Part shown: positions 1 to 10,397 of the stretch, piece after piece | Numbering within the stretch: the stretch's first letter is position 1 | Layout of the letters: every line of letters begins with the position of its first letter | Assembly (NCBI GenBank): GCA_045634445.1 | Contig: JAZRAG010000014.1 | Location: forward strand, 15,272 to 79,271 | Source of the DNA: Candidatus Spyradenecus sp. | Lineage (GTDB): Bacteria > Verrucomicrobiota > Kiritimatiellia > RFP12 > DVOR01 | Direction: 5' to 3' | DNA length: 64,000 nucleotides | The notes under the pieces: generated by a model | The model's input: the letters and a program-made list of their open reading frames with translations, nothing else | What the model was told of the DNA's origin: nothing | The model's database searches: none | Translations under genes and position numbers: made by a program

Positions 1-407
1 CCTTCTTCGCGGATGCTGGTAATGTGCCGGCAAATCCTGAATGGCAGGGTCGTAGCTTCTTGCCGAACTTGACCTCGGGTACTCCAAAGGATTGGCGTAA
101 GAGCTTCTACTACCGCTACTACATCCAGGGTGGTGAACATGCTACGCCCGCGCACTATGGCGTTCGTACAAAGCGTTACAAGTTGATTTCTTACTACAAG
201 GTCGGCGAGTGGGAACTCTTCGACTTGCAGAAGGATCCAGAAGAGTTGAACAACCTCTACAATGACCCCGCCTATCAGAACGTTGTGGCAGCATTGAAGG
301 ATGAACTCTTCCGCTTGAAGAACGCTGTTGGCGATTCTGATCAATTTTACGGTTGCAGTGATTACTATTTGAATCCAGGCAACAACTATCCTAATGTTTT
401 CGAATAA
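1..407 (+). CDS. Sulfatase (arylsulfatase family), C-terminal part; 5' end lies outside the window
   Basis: ORF 24..407 has a typical sulfatase C-terminal region (WELFDLxxDPxExxNL...). The reading frame is open to the window edge. Confidence 0.55.
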   Translation, partial: FFADAGNVPANPEWQGRSFLPNLTSGTPKDWRKSFYYRYYIQGGEHATPAHYGVRTKRYKLISYYKVGEWELFDLQKDPEELNNLYNDPAYQNVVAALKDELFRLKNAVGDSDQFYGCSDYYLNPGNNYPNVFE

Positions 408-422
408 TGAAGGAGATGCATC

Positions 423-1106
423 ATGCTCACGGAATACACAATCAATAAAGTAACTCGTTTGCCCGACTTCGATCCTGAAGATCCAATCTGGCAGAAGGCT
501 GAAGCTGGAGAATATGCCTACTGGCATGAAAAGAGCTCCGAACATCACCCCAAGACCACCGTTAAGGCGCTTCATGACGGTAATGACATCATGATTTGCT
601 GGCAGGTGGAAGACCGTTATGTGCGTATCGCTCACACCGCAATTAACTCGATGGTGTGTGAAGATGCTTGCGTGGAAGCATTCCTCCAGCCCTTGAAGAT
701 TGAAAAGGGTTACATCAACATTGAAATCAATGCTGGTGCTTGCATCCACTCTTCTCACATCCGTAACTGGACCCGTGCACCGGGCGGCTTCGCAGACTTC
801 GAATACATCTCGAAGGATGCCATCCGTAAGCTCACCGCTAAGGGTAATTTGCCCCAGGTTATCGACCCTGAAACCGATGAAGCTACCAATTGGTGGATGA
901 TTGTGCGCATTCCTCGCGCTTACCTTGAAGGCATCTTTGGCCAGCTCGGCGACCTCTCTGGTCAGACCTGGCAGGGTAACTTCTGCAAGTGCGCTGACTG
1001 CTCGAGCCGTCCGCACTGGGGTACCTTGTTGCCGCAGAGCCCAGAATTGAACTTCCACGTGCCGAAGTACTTCAGCCCCATTAACTTCGCTGCTGCAGAA
1101 AAGTAA
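423..1106 (+). CDS. Hypothetical protein, CBM9/DOMON-like carbohydrate-binding-like domain
   Basis: 227-aa ORF directly downstream of the sulfatase. Weak resemblance to CBM9-like proteins. C-terminal Cys cluster (CKCADCSSRPHWG). Confidence 0.35.
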   Translation: MLTEYTINKVTRLPDFDPEDPIWQKAEAGEYAYWHEKSSEHHPKTTVKALHDGNDIMICWQVEDRYVRIAHTAINSMVCEDACVEAFLQPLKIEKGYINIEINAGACIHSSHIRNWTRAPGGFADFEYISKDAIRKLTAKGNLPQVIDPETDEATNWWMIVRIPRAYLEGIFGQLGDLSGQTWQGNFCKCADCSSRPHWGTLLPQSPELNFHVPKYFSPINFAAAEK

Positions 1107-1331
1107 TCTGCTTCAAGTGATTGAATGAGTAACACAGCGCGGTACTTCGCGCTGTGTTCTTTTTTAGCGCTGAAATGTCATGTAAAAGAAGTGTCAGAGA
1201 AGAAAGGAGTATAAAAGAGATTGTTGTAAGATGAAGCGTTTTATTCAATAGATATTGATGCTTTATTCTATAAATTAATGTATAATATGACTGTTAATGC
1301 GTAAGAAGTTGCGGATCGTTGGAGGATTTAT

Positions 1332-1760
1332 ATGAGTCTCGCGACAATTTGGTTAATTAGTGCGATTCTGTTGATGGTTTCAGAATTCATTATCCCTGGA
1401 TTTGTGATTCTCTTTTTTGGTGTTGGCGCCTTGGCAGCGTCTGGCGTGGCCTTTTTTACAACTGCGTCATTGGTGGTGCAGGGATGGGTTTTCGTAATTG
1501 TGTCCATTCTCTCTTTGATCATCGGGCGTCGTTGTTTTAAGAATGTGTTACGTGGGAAGCAAGAGCTTTCTCACGGGGATGCAGATGACGATGGCGTGGT
1601 TGGACGCGTAGCAACGGTGGTCATCGCGATTAATCCGCCTCAGCCTGGCCGCATCATCATCAATGGTTGCGAATGGAAAGCTATTGCAAAGACCCCCATT
1701 GCAGTGGGCACATCGGTGACGGTGACTGCGCGTGAGAATATCACGTTGACCGTGGAATAA
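1332..1760 (+). CDS. NfeD-like membrane protein (OB-fold C-terminus), partner of an SPFH protein
   Basis: N-terminal transmembrane helices followed by a soluble beta-rich C-terminal region. Immediately upstream of a stomatin/SPFH gene, the canonical nfeD-stomatin pair. Confidence 0.55.
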   Translation: MSLATIWLISAILLMVSEFIIPGFVILFFGVGALAASGVAFFTTASLVVQGWVFVIVSILSLIIGRRCFKNVLRGKQELSHGDADDDGVVGRVATVVIAINPPQPGRIIINGCEWKAIAKTPIAVGTSVTVTARENITLTVE

Positions 1761-1803
1761 GCGTTTGTTGTGATTGAATTGAACTGATAGAGAGGAAAGT
1801 ACT

Positions 1804-2721
1804 ATGGCTCCAGAATTAATCATCCTTGCAATTATCGTGATTGCAGCATTAGTAACGGTTTTCAAGACGGCTGTGATTGTGCCGCAGCGTCAGGCATACA
1901 TTGTAGAACGTTTGGGCCGCTATTCGTCTACATTGGAAGCAGGCTTTCACATTTTAGTGCCGTTCATTGATCGTGTGGCCTATCGTCGCACCTTGAAGGA
2001 ATCCCCGATTGATGTGCCTCCGCAGCAGTGCATTACGAAGGATAATATCACTGTGGAAGTGGATGGTATCCTCTATCTTCAGGTGATGGATCCTGCTAAG
2101 GCTTCTTACGGCATTGATAACTATCTGTGGGCTTCTACGCAGTTGGCTCAAACAACGATGCGCTCTGAAATTGGTAAGTTGGACTTGGATCGCATTTTTG
2201 AAGTGCGTGAATCGATTAATGCTGCAATTTGTGAGGCTGTGGATAACGCTTCTGACCCTTGGGGGGTTAAGGTGACGCGTTACGAAATTAAGTCTGTTAC
2301 GCCGCCTCAGTCGATTCGTGATGCAATGGAAAAGCAGATGCGCGCAGAACGTGAAAAGCGTGCAATGATTGCAGAATCCGAAGGTGAACGTCAGGCGCGT
2401 ATCAATCGCGCTGAAGGTGAAAAGCAGGAAGCCATCGCGAAGTCTGAAGGTGAAAAGATGCGTCGCATCAATGAAGCAGAAGGTCGTGCAGAGGAAATCT
2501 TGCTCGTGGCAAAGGCTACTGCTGAAGGTCTTGCGACAATCGCAAATTCAATTAGTGAAAACGCTGGTGGCGCAGATGCTGTCAACCTGCGTCTTGCCGA
2601 ACAGTATATTGCAGAGTTTGGTAAGCTCGCGAAGGAAGGCACAACGATGGTACTGCCCTCGAATCTCGTTGATGTGGCTTCCGTCTTGAAGGTGGCAACA
2701 AACGTTATTCAGAAGAAGTAA
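1804..2721 (+). CDS. SPFH/band-7 (stomatin/prohibitin-like) membrane protein
   Basis: N-terminal TM plus SPFH core (QRQAYIVERLGRY..). C-terminal EGE[KR]Q..AEGE repeats typical of the SPFH family. Confidence 0.8.
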   Translation: MAPELIILAIIVIAALVTVFKTAVIVPQRQAYIVERLGRYSSTLEAGFHILVPFIDRVAYRRTLKESPIDVPPQQCITKDNITVEVDGILYLQVMDPAKASYGIDNYLWASTQLAQTTMRSEIGKLDLDRIFEVRESINAAICEAVDNASDPWGVKVTRYEIKSVTPPQSIRDAMEKQMRAEREKRAMIAESEGERQARINRAEGEKQEAIAKSEGEKMRRINEAEGRAEEILLVAKATAEGLATIANSISENAGGADAVNLRLAEQYIAEFGKLAKEGTTMVLPSNLVDVASVLKVATNVIQKK

Positions 2722-3389
2722 TGATACTAAAGGCTGAATTCCCCTATAGCTTTAAGGATTACGCGCTGTTGAAGACCGCGCTCACGGTGCCTGCGCCTAA
2801 TCGCCAAGAACCTGACAACCAACGTCTGGAGTATTTAGGCGATGCTGTGTTAGAACTCTTGATGTCAGATGCGTTGTATCGTCGTTATCCAGAGGCGAGT
2901 GAGGGCGTGTTGACGGATATGCGCTTACACTTAGTTTCAAGTCGTGGTTTACTTGAACGTGTGGAGAACTTAGGCGCCGCCTTTCGTGAAGGTTTAGAAG
3001 TGTTTAATCAACATAAGACATGGAAGCCAAAGGCGGAAGTGGATGCAATTGAGGCGCTTCTTGGGGCCGCGTGGTTAGATGGCGGATTGCCTGCCGCAGA
3101 GGTCTTCTTCAACTTGCTCTTTAAGGAAACCGATTTCCAAAGCGTGGCGCACTGTACGGGCGTTTCTGATAATCCGAAGGGTGAATTGCAGCAGTATGCG
3201 CAGCAATATCTTCAAACGGAGCCTGTCTATACGCTTTTAGAACGGAGTGGCCCTGCTCACGCACCTACGTTTCGCTGTGCTGTGACATTAAATGGGGAAA
3301 CTGCGGAAGGCTCCGCAGCGACGCGTAAGGCGGCAGAAGCCGTGGCGGCAAAGGCTTTGCTTGCGATGTTGCTTAAACTTGAATCTTAA
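2721..3389 (+). CDS. rnc: Ribonuclease III
   Basis: RNase III signature ERLEYLGDAVLELLMSDALY and C-terminal dsRBD-like region. Start overlaps the stop of the SPFH gene (ATGA). Confidence 0.85.
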   Translation: MILKAEFPYSFKDYALLKTALTVPAPNRQEPDNQRLEYLGDAVLELLMSDALYRRYPEASEGVLTDMRLHLVSSRGLLERVENLGAAFREGLEVFNQHKTWKPKAEVDAIEALLGAAWLDGGLPAAEVFFNLLFKETDFQSVAHCTGVSDNPKGELQQYAQQYLQTEPVYTLLERSGPAHAPTFRCAVTLNGETAEGSAATRKAAEAVAAKALLAMLLKLES

Positions 3390-3404
3390 TGTTGGATAAT
3401 CGCA

Positions 3405-4250
3405 ATGAATGATTACGAACTCCTTGATAGTGGCAATGGCGCAAAGCTTGAGCGCTTTGGTGATTTAGTCTTGGCGCGCCCTTGTGCGCAGGCCGTTTGG
3501 CAGAAACAACGCCCCGCATTGTGGAAAAAGGCAGATGCCTCTTTTGACCGTGAAGAGGGCAATCATTGGCATGGCCGTAATCGCTTGCCGAAGGAATGGG
3601 CGATTGATGTCGATGGCACGAAGTTTCGCCTTTCGGGTACAGATTTTGGCCACTTAGGTATCTTCCCTGAACAACGTGCTCAGTGGGCTTGGATTAAGGA
3701 ACAAGTCCGTACTGCGAAGGCAAAGAAGCGCCCTGCGCGTGTCTTGAACCTCTTTGCCTATTCTGGAGGTTCCACTTTGGCTGCAGCGCATGGCGGCGCA
3801 GAGGTCTGCCATGTGGATGCCTCTAAGGGGATGGTGCAGTGGGCGCGTGGCAATGCAGCGTTGAACGGTTTAGAAGCGCATCCGATTCGTTGGATTGTGG
3901 ATGATGTCCATAAGTTCATGAATCGCGAATTGCGTCGTGGCCGTCAATACGATGGTATCATTCTTGATCCGCCGACCTATGGTCGTGGCGGTAATGGTGA
4001 AACGTATAAGATTGAACGCGATCTCACGGAAACCTTGCGTTTGTGCCGTTCGCTTTTGAGTGACGATCCGCTCTTCTTGTTGTTAAGTGCGCATACGCCT
4101 GGCCATACGCCTATCGTATTGGAAAACATCTTAACGCAAGCATTGCGTGGTTTGGGTGGGACTTTCTCTGCCGGCGAGATGTGTTTGACTGGTGCAGAGG
4201 ACGTCTTTAAATTGCCTTCGGGTGCTTATGTTCGGTGGACACATGGCTAA
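3405..4250 (+). CDS. Class I SAM-dependent rRNA methyltransferase, RlmI/YccW-like
   Basis: SAM-binding motif region ([25 protein letters not shown]...DPPTYG) resembling RlmI-type C5-cytosine methyltransferases. Confidence 0.55.
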   Translation: MNDYELLDSGNGAKLERFGDLVLARPCAQAVWQKQRPALWKKADASFDREEGNHWHGRNRLPKEWAIDVDGTKFRLSGTDFGHLGIFPEQRAQWAWIKEQVRTAKAKKRPARVLNLFAYSGGSTLAAAHGGAEVCHVDASKGMVQWARGNAALNGLEAHPIRWIVDDVHKFMNRELRRGRQYDGIILDPPTYGRGGNGETYKIERDLTETLRLCRSLLSDDPLFLLLSAHTPGHTPIVLENILTQALRGLGGTFSAGEMCLTGAEDVFKLPSGAYVRWTHG

Positions 4251-5703
4251 ACGCTCATTCGGTGCACTTGCGGGCGCGCTCTTTGCGGTTGTAGGCCTAA
4301 CGCCAATCGCGCAGGGCGCAGTATCGCTTTATCCAGATTACGCTGGGATTACAGTGCCGCCGAATATCGCACCGCTGAACTTTGATGTTCAGGGTGCCCC
4401 TGCAGATGCGCGTGTCCGCTTGCAAAGCGGCGAAGTCATCGCAGATTTTCCCACCCAAGTGCGCGTGCCGAAAGCGACTTGGCGACGCCTTTTGGCGGCA
4501 GGGGATTCGTATACGATTACGGTCACCAAGGACGCTGAAACGCTCTTCTGCGCGACGAATACCGTGGCCGCTGCAGCGATCGCGCCAACCTTGGCCTATC
4601 GTTTAATTCCGCCGAGTTATGAAAACTACCAAAATGTCGGCATTTACTGGCGTGATTTAACCTCCTTTGAGGAAAAACCGCTCTATACAAATCTGCAGAG
4701 TAGCACAAAGCAATGCGTCAATTGTCACCACTTTAACCAAGGTGATCCAGGTTCATTGCTCTTCCATCTGCGTGCGTCAAATGCCGGTACCGTCATCTTC
4801 ACAGACAAGGATGATGCGGGCATTAAGCGCAATTTTAAAGGTGGGCCATTCTTTGCTTCGGGTGTCTATCCCGCATGGCATCCATCGGGGAAGTTCATTG
4901 CCTTTTCGGTGAATGAGACCTTACAATGCTTTTACTATCGCAATGCTGACAAGATTGAGGTCTTGGATGCGCGCAGTGATATGTTGCTCTACGATTTAGA
5001 ACGCGATACTGCGCTGCCGATTGAAACAACGCCTGAAATCTTTGACTGTTTCCCTGCGTGGTCTCCTGATGGTAAGCAACTCTATTCTGTGGCTGCAATG
5101 CCTGGTTTTAAGGAAATGCCAGAGGATAAAAAGTCGCGCTCTGAACAAGCCATTTTGGGTTATACAAACCTCTGTTACAACTTAATCCTGCGCGATTACA
5201 ATGCTGAAACGCGGCTCTTTTCTTCGCCGCGCATGGTGATTAACGCCTCGAAGGAAAAGCGCTCGATTACCTTCCCGCGCGTTTCTCCAGATGGACGTTG
5301 GTTAGTCTTTACGTTGGGTCCGCAGGGCGTTTTTCACATTTGGCATCATAGTGCAGATTTGTGGATGCTTGATTTGCAAGAAAAGTCTTTCCGCCCGTTG
5401 AATGAGATTAATTCTCCAGATACGGAGAGTTACCATAGCTTTACGCCAGATGGCCATTGGATGGTCTTTTCTTCGCGCCGTGATGATGGGGCGTATACGC
5501 GTCCATACTTTACCCATTTCGACGCTAAAACGGGTGCTTTCACCAAGCCCTTCCTATTGCCTCAAGAGGAGCCTGCGCACCATAGTCAGCGGATGTTCTC
5601 CTATAACATCCCAGAGTTTGCGACAGGGCCCATTACGCGTTCTCCGCGTGAGATTCGTCGCGTCGCTGAACAACCAGCATTAGACGCCGCCTTCGCCGAA
5701 TAA
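4243..5703 (+). CDS. Secreted PD40/TolB-like beta-propeller protein with a CXXCH haem-binding motif
   Basis: Signal peptide ([25 protein letters not shown]). Repeated WxPDG/SPDG propeller blades. Single CVNCHH motif. Start overlaps the previous stop by 8 nt. Confidence 0.55.
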   Translation: MAKRSFGALAGALFAVVGLTPIAQGAVSLYPDYAGITVPPNIAPLNFDVQGAPADARVRLQSGEVIADFPTQVRVPKATWRRLLAAGDSYTITVTKDAETLFCATNTVAAAAIAPTLAYRLIPPSYENYQNVGIYWRDLTSFEEKPLYTNLQSSTKQCVNCHHFNQGDPGSLLFHLRASNAGTVIFTDKDDAGIKRNFKGGPFFASGVYPAWHPSGKFIAFSVNETLQCFYYRNADKIEVLDARSDMLLYDLERDTALPIETTPEIFDCFPAWSPDGKQLYSVAAMPGFKEMPEDKKSRSEQAILGYTNLCYNLILRDYNAETRLFSSPRMVINASKEKRSITFPRVSPDGRWLVFTLGPQGVFHIWHHSADLWMLDLQEKSFRPLNEINSPDTESYHSFTPDGHWMVFSSRRDDGAYTRPYFTHFDAKTGAFTKPFLLPQEEPAHHSQRMFSYNIPEFATGPITRSPREIRRVAEQPALDAAFAE

Positions 5704-5823
5704 AACGCGTGCTAATAACGATTCACGCACCCAGTCAGCGTCTCCAACGCGAGTGGGTGCGTCTCTTTTTTATAGGAGAAAACTCTGTGAAAAGGGGAAC
5801 GGATGCAAACGGATGCAGTGCGA

Positions 5824-6486
5824 TTAGTCATTTGAGGCATGACTTTTCGCGGTGAGATTCCGCATGACCGCCTTTGCAATGTACCACTGCGCCACGCAGA
5901 ATGCCACAAAGAAGGCAGAGATGATGGTAATCACCAAGCCTGGATGCTGCGCCCAAAGACCCTTTAACCACGCAATCGCAGGCGCGTAAAGGGTTGGCAT
6001 GAAGAAGGTGATGATTGCGCTCTGGAAGAGGCAGGAGAGGCAGGAATAGAGGGTGTAGGCGCCAAAGTGCACACGGAGCATGCCAGCGGCCAATAATGCA
6101 GGGGTGCGAATCCCAGGCGTAAAACGAATGATAAACATCGTCTTACCAAGGTGACGGTCAAAGAAGTGTCCGCAGGCTTCAATTTGGTCTTGATGTTTGC
6201 GGACCCATTTCATGCGTGCGACAAAGCGCATGGCGAAGCGCACCGGAAGATACATGAGAATGTCGCCAATAAAAACACCCCAGAAGGTGCTTTGAAGCGC
6301 CGTCATCCAATGAATGATGTTTTCGGAAATCAAGGGCGGGACAATCGTCCAGCAGACGACATTTTCAAAGAAAAAGGTCGCAATCGCAGTGAACCACCCT
6401 TGAAGCCAAGGGAAATCACCAGAGGTGCGAATCGCCTCTACAAGCGAATCGAGATTAATCCCAATGGAGGCGATATAAGTCATCAT
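5824..6486 (-). CDS. DedA/VTT-family membrane protein
   Basis: Multi-TM protein with a DedA-like core (GDILMYLPVRFAMRF...RFTPGIRTPALLAAG). Overlaps the ftsI stop by 4 nt. Confidence 0.6.
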   Translation of the reverse strand: MMTYIASIGINLDSLVEAIRTSGDFPWLQGWFTAIATFFFENVVCWTIVPPLISENIIHWMTALQSTFWGVFIGDILMYLPVRFAMRFVARMKWVRKHQDQIEACGHFFDRHLGKTMFIIRFTPGIRTPALLAAGMLRVHFGAYTLYSCLSCLFQSAIITFFMPTLYAPAIAWLKGLWAQHPGLVITIISAFFVAFCVAQWYIAKAVMRNLTAKSHASND

Positions 6487-8291
6487 TTCGTTTTCTGCTC
6501 CTTTGGAAGTTTATCTGCGGGAATCCCTAAATAACGGCCAATGTCTTCTGCTACTGCAGCAAAGGTCGGTGCTGCCACGCCACCACCCGAACGCATCGAT
6601 CCGCGCGGCTTTTCAATCGTCACCAAAATGGCTAATTCTGGACGTGTGGCGGGGTAAACGCCGATGAATGAAACGTTATAGTCGCTGTGGTTATAATGTC
6701 CATTCACAGGAATCTGACCTGTGCCCGTTTTGCCTGCTACGGTGTAACTCGGCAGATTCGCGCGCCAGCCTGTGCCGCGAGGATTTAAAGCCGTTACAGA
6801 TTGTAGCATGTCCAACATCTTATCGCTCACTGTTTTTGAGAGCGGGCGCCCTAAAACATTCGGTGGATTGGCGCGCACCAATTCACCTTCGTGCGAGCGC
6901 ACTTCTTTGATGATGGTGGGCTGCATGAGATAACCGCCGTTGGCAATCGTGGAATAGGCGTTGACCAACTGAATTGCCGTCACGGAGATACTCTGGCCTA
7001 AGGGAATACGGGTAGGGGAGAGCTTATTCCACATGGCCTTTTTACGATAATCCCAGAAGATGCCATGTTCTTCACCGACGAGTTCAATGCCCGTCTTTCG
7101 GCCTAAGCCCATTGCATTAAAACTACGCCACAAAAGTTCGTTTTGTTCGGGCATTCCCTTTTTGGGGGCAGGTTGTGCCATGAGCAGACCAATCTGTGCA
7201 GTACCAATATTGGAGGACTGTCTCAAGATATCGCGAGCGGTAACCTTACCATACACCTTGTCGTGCAGCGGTTTCCCTGCATAGTACCACACCCCCGTGG
7301 TGCCCACATCAAAGACGGTGTGTTCGGTGATGATACCCATCTGCAAGGCCATCGCCACGGTAATTGACTTCATAACCGAGCCTGGCTCGTAGCAACGCGA
7401 AATAGCGATATTCTTCCACTCGTCTTGGAAGTGTTTGTTAAATTCTTGCGGTTTGAAACTCGGCAAGGTCGCCATGCCTAAGATTTCACCCGTTTTGACC
7501 TTTTGGACAATGATGGTGCCCGATTCTGCCTGGAAGTTAATCAACGCATTGGAGAGGGCATTTTCAATAATATACTGCACATTATTGTCAATGGTGAGGT
7601 AGATGTCATTGCCATGAATGGGCTCAACTTCATCAATGCGGCGCGAACGAATCTCTCGGCGACGGCCATCATAAACGGCATGCACCATGCCATTGGTGCC
7701 AGAGAGTTCCTTGTCAAAACGTTGCTCAATGCCATAGACGCCATCGCCATCGTGGTTCACAAACCCTAAAACGTGGCAGAGACGTGCACCATTGGGATAG
7801 GAGCGCACCGATTTAACGGTTGCGATGCTCACCCCTGCGATGCGATTGGTGGTATTAGAAGGGTCTTTACGACGCTGAAGCTCGTGAATGAGCGCGTCAT
7901 CGGTGATGGTGCAGATCTTGGTATAACGTCGTCCGCTGGCATAGGCTTCAATCAGTTTTTCCTGATTAATGCCTAAGAGCTCGGCCAATTCAATGGGCAT
8001 CGCATCGCGGTCAAGCTTCGGATTGGAGAGGGCCGGGTCTTGTGCGTCAATGGCGACCTCTCGCCCAGAAACGCTTTCGGCTAAAACAACGCCATTACGG
8101 TCAAGAATACGCCCGCGAAGACCGAGTAATTCGTAAGTGTTGTCATACTTTCGTTCGCGGTAATCTGGCGATTGCGGGATGAAAATATGCAGGTCAATGA
8201 GTTCCCACAAAACACGTAAAAAAACGACGATAACGCCCAGTAAAATGAGCGTCATCCATCGGTGTGCAATTTTATGCGGATTGTTGACCAT
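6483..8291 (-). CDS. ftsI: Peptidoglycan D,D-transpeptidase FtsI (class B PBP)
   Basis: N-terminal TM, dimerisation domain, and transpeptidase motifs SVMK (SxxK) and KTGT. Follows ftsL and rsmH. Confidence 0.85.
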   Translation of the reverse strand: MVNNPHKIAHRWMTLILLGVIVVFLRVLWELIDLHIFIPQSPDYRERKYDNTYELLGLRGRILDRNGVVLAESVSGREVAIDAQDPALSNPKLDRDAMPIELAELLGINQEKLIEAYASGRRYTKICTITDDALIHELQRRKDPSNTTNRIAGVSIATVKSVRSYPNGARLCHVLGFVNHDGDGVYGIEQRFDKELSGTNGMVHAVYDGRRREIRSRRIDEVEPIHGNDIYLTIDNNVQYIIENALSNALINFQAESGTIIVQKVKTGEILGMATLPSFKPQEFNKHFQDEWKNIAISRCYEPGSVMKSITVAMALQMGIITEHTVFDVGTTGVWYYAGKPLHDKVYGKVTARDILRQSSNIGTAQIGLLMAQPAPKKGMPEQNELLWRSFNAMGLGRKTGIELVGEEHGIFWDYRKKAMWNKLSPTRIPLGQSISVTAIQLVNAYSTIANGGYLMQPTIIKEVRSHEGELVRANPPNVLGRPLSKTVSDKMLDMLQSVTALNPRGTGWRANLPSYTVAGKTGTGQIPVNGHYNHSDYNVSFIGVYPATRPELAILVTIEKPRGSMRSGGGVAAPTFAAVAEDIGRYLGIPADKLPKEQKTK

Positions 8292-8322
8292 AGCCCTCCT
8301 GCAGCGACGAAATCGCGTTTAA

Positions 8323-8787
8323 TTAACGGCGGCGACGGCGGGACGTAGTGGTTTTTGTGCGCGAGGGGGTCTTTGTGGCGGCAACGCTGCTTTCCTTAGT
8401 GCGTTCTGCCTTTGCGATGCGTTCTTGTTGCAAGGACGCATGCAATGCTGCGGGGATTTCTAAGCGGCCATCGCGGCGAACGATGACACTGCGTTCCGGC
8501 GGGGCATAGGAGAGCTTCATGCCATTTTGACGAACGGCTTCATCAAGGCGCTGAGGCTCAATCAAGTGATTCCAGTCTGCAGTCTGACGACGCAAAGACG
8601 CTTCCAAAGAACGCTTTTCGTATTCGAGCTGCTTCACCTGAGTGCCCACTTGTTCAGCGCTCAAATCAACGAATACAGGATAGGCCCACGGCAGAATCAT
8701 CATTGCCCCGAGGACGATGCCGCCGAGGTGTGCTAATTTCAAATGATGTGTTTTCCGTTTCCGGTTCTGTTTTCTCATGGTGCTCAA
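8323..8787 (-). CDS. ftsL: Cell-division protein FtsL-like (membrane anchor plus coiled coil)
   Basis: Position between rsmH and ftsI. Single TM followed by a coiled-coil region. Low-complexity basic tail. Confidence 0.5.
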   Translation of the reverse strand: MSTMRKQNRKRKTHHLKLAHLGGIVLGAMMILPWAYPVFVDLSAEQVGTQVKQLEYEKRSLEASLRRQTADWNHLIEPQRLDEAVRQNGMKLSYAPPERSVIVRRDGRLEIPAALHASLQQERIAKAERTKESSVAATKTPSRTKTTTSRRRRR

Positions 8788-9719
8788 TCCTCCACGCGCC
8801 GCACGGCTCGAAGTTTAGCGCTTCTCGCCCGTGGATTAATCTCAAGTTCTTCAGGCCGCCCCGTGACAGCCTTCTTCAAAATCTGTTCAGTTCGCGGGAG
8901 TAACCCCCGCCATTCGCTACCGCCTTGCTGGAGAGAAACCTCCTGCCCGCAATGCGCCTTAAACGTCTGCTTCACCACGCGATCGGTCAAGCTCTCAAAG
9001 GTCAAGATGGCCATGCGGCCACCGGGCTTCAACAACTGCAAGCCCGCCTCAAGCGCCTTGCGCAAATCGCCCATTTCGTCATTCACCGCCATGCGGAGCG
9101 CCTGGAAGACGCGCGTCGCAGGGTGACGCCCCTTCGTGTGGGCGGTGCCAACCGCTTTCGCGACGCATTCAGCCAATTGCAACGTCCGCGTGAAGGGTTC
9201 CTTACGACGGTCGCGGTCAATCGCTTTTGCGATGGCGTAGGCGCGCTTTTCTTCGCCCAGCTCACGGAAGAGATCCGTCATCTCTTGGATGCTCAAACGC
9301 GCCACCAAATCCGCCGCCGTTTCGCCAGCATCATTGCGCATGCGCATGTCCAAAGGACCATCCTGACGGAAACTAAAGCCACGTTCTGGCGTGTCAAGTT
9401 GGTCACTGCTAACGCCGAGGTCCAACAAAATACCATCCACTTGCTCAAAGCCATTGGCGCGTGCAATCTCACCGATGTCACCATGTGCGCCATGCACTAA
9501 GGTATGCGTACCAGGGATGCCATCGCGCAACAAATTGCCCTTCGCGCGTTCAAGCGCCTCACCATCACGGTCAATGCCGAGTAGGCGGCCCGTAGGACCT
9601 GCCAAACGCATCACTGCAGAGGCGTGACCAGCTTGACCAAGTGTGCCATCGATATAGACGCATCCGGGCTGCGGATTCAATGCCGCGACGGTTTCTTCAA
9701 GAAGGACCGGAATGTGCAT
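8784..9719 (-). CDS. rsmH: 16S rRNA (cytosine1402-N4)-methyltransferase RsmH (MraW)
   Basis: N-terminus MHIPVLLEE..DGTLGQAGH is the canonical RsmH start. Follows mraZ. Confidence 0.9.
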   Translation of the reverse strand: MHIPVLLEETVAALNPQPGCVYIDGTLGQAGHASAVMRLAGPTGRLLGIDRDGEALERAKGNLLRDGIPGTHTLVHGAHGDIGEIARANGFEQVDGILLDLGVSSDQLDTPERGFSFRQDGPLDMRMRNDAGETAADLVARLSIQEMTDLFRELGEEKRAYAIAKAIDRDRRKEPFTRTLQLAECVAKAVGTAHTKGRHPATRVFQALRMAVNDEMGDLRKALEAGLQLLKPGGRMAILTFESLTDRVVKQTFKAHCGQEVSLQQGGSEWRGLLPRTEQILKKAVTGRPEELEINPRARSAKLRAVRRVED

Positions 9720-9729
9720 ATCGCCTCAA

Positions 9730-10206
9730 TTAAAAGTCAAGTGCCGATAAAGCTTCACCAAGCGCTGCCTGGTCAACCGTTGTTTCAGGTGCGAGCTGTT
9801 CAGCAGCCCAGATTTCACCGTAGGTGACCGCACCCACGAAAGCGATGCGTCCCTTGATCCCCGCAAATTCCAAAAGACGATCGCTAATGCGGATACGCCC
9901 CTGAACATCAAGCGGAAGTTGCTCCGTGTTCGCACCGATAATGCGCAACTTCTGCGCCACCGTGGGGTCAGAGAAACGCTTTTCGAGCAATTTCTTCTGA
10001 ATTCCCTGCATGCGTTCATTCGTCAAAAGACGGAGACACTTCTCATGCGGGTCAGCCATCACGAAGACATAGGCCGGCTTCCCCATCGCATCACGCCATC
10101 CCGAAGGGATCGTTACGCGGCGCTTGGGGTCCAATGCATGCGTGGCGCTGCCCGAAAAAACAGCGTCGCCTTGCAAAGTTTTGACCTGGTTGTCACTTGA
10201 TTCCAT
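9730..10206 (-). CDS. mraZ: Transcriptional regulator MraZ
   Basis: Two MraZ repeats with DxxGR motifs (LDPKRRVTIP.. and LDVQGRIRIS..). Start chosen at MESSDNQ (ATG at 10206); the ORF-track start at 10308 would be a poorly conserved extension. Confidence 0.8.
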   Translation of the reverse strand: MESSDNQVKTLQGDAVFSGSATHALDPKRRVTIPSGWRDAMGKPAYVFVMADPHEKCLRLLTNERMQGIQKKLLEKRFSDPTVAQKLRIIGANTEQLPLDVQGRIRISDRLLEFAGIKGRIAFVGAVTYGEIWAAEQLAPETTVDQAALGEALSALDF

Positions 10207-10214
10207 TGTTTGAC

Positions 10215-10248
10215 CTTTTGTGACACTATTAAACACTTTTCCCCACCA
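10215..10248 (-). promoter_or_regulatory. Candidate MraZ operator/promoter: GTGGG/AAGTGT-type direct repeats at 10-bp period, overlapping a -35 TTGACC / -10-like promoter
   Basis: Minus strand reads GGTGGGGAAAAGTGTTTAATAGTGTCAC, i.e. GTGGGGA / AAAGTGT / ATAGTGT at 10-bp spacing. TTGACC lies 17 nt upstream on the minus strand. Confidence 0.4.
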
Positions 10249-10397
10249 TAAGGTCAAGCGAAATAAAATATTTTTTTTTGTAGACACGAAAAATGCCCAT
10301 TTTTGCATGAAAAATGATGATTTTTTAGTGAAAAACGGCCGTTTTCAAAGGGAAAAAGGTGCGTTCGGAAAGGTGTTCAAAAAACCTGCGTCATTTT

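Noticed and set aside
9730-10308. Long (192-aa) version of MraZ
   Set aside because: The conserved MraZ fold of about 150 aa begins near MESSDNQ. The upstream 34 codons run into the putative operator repeats.
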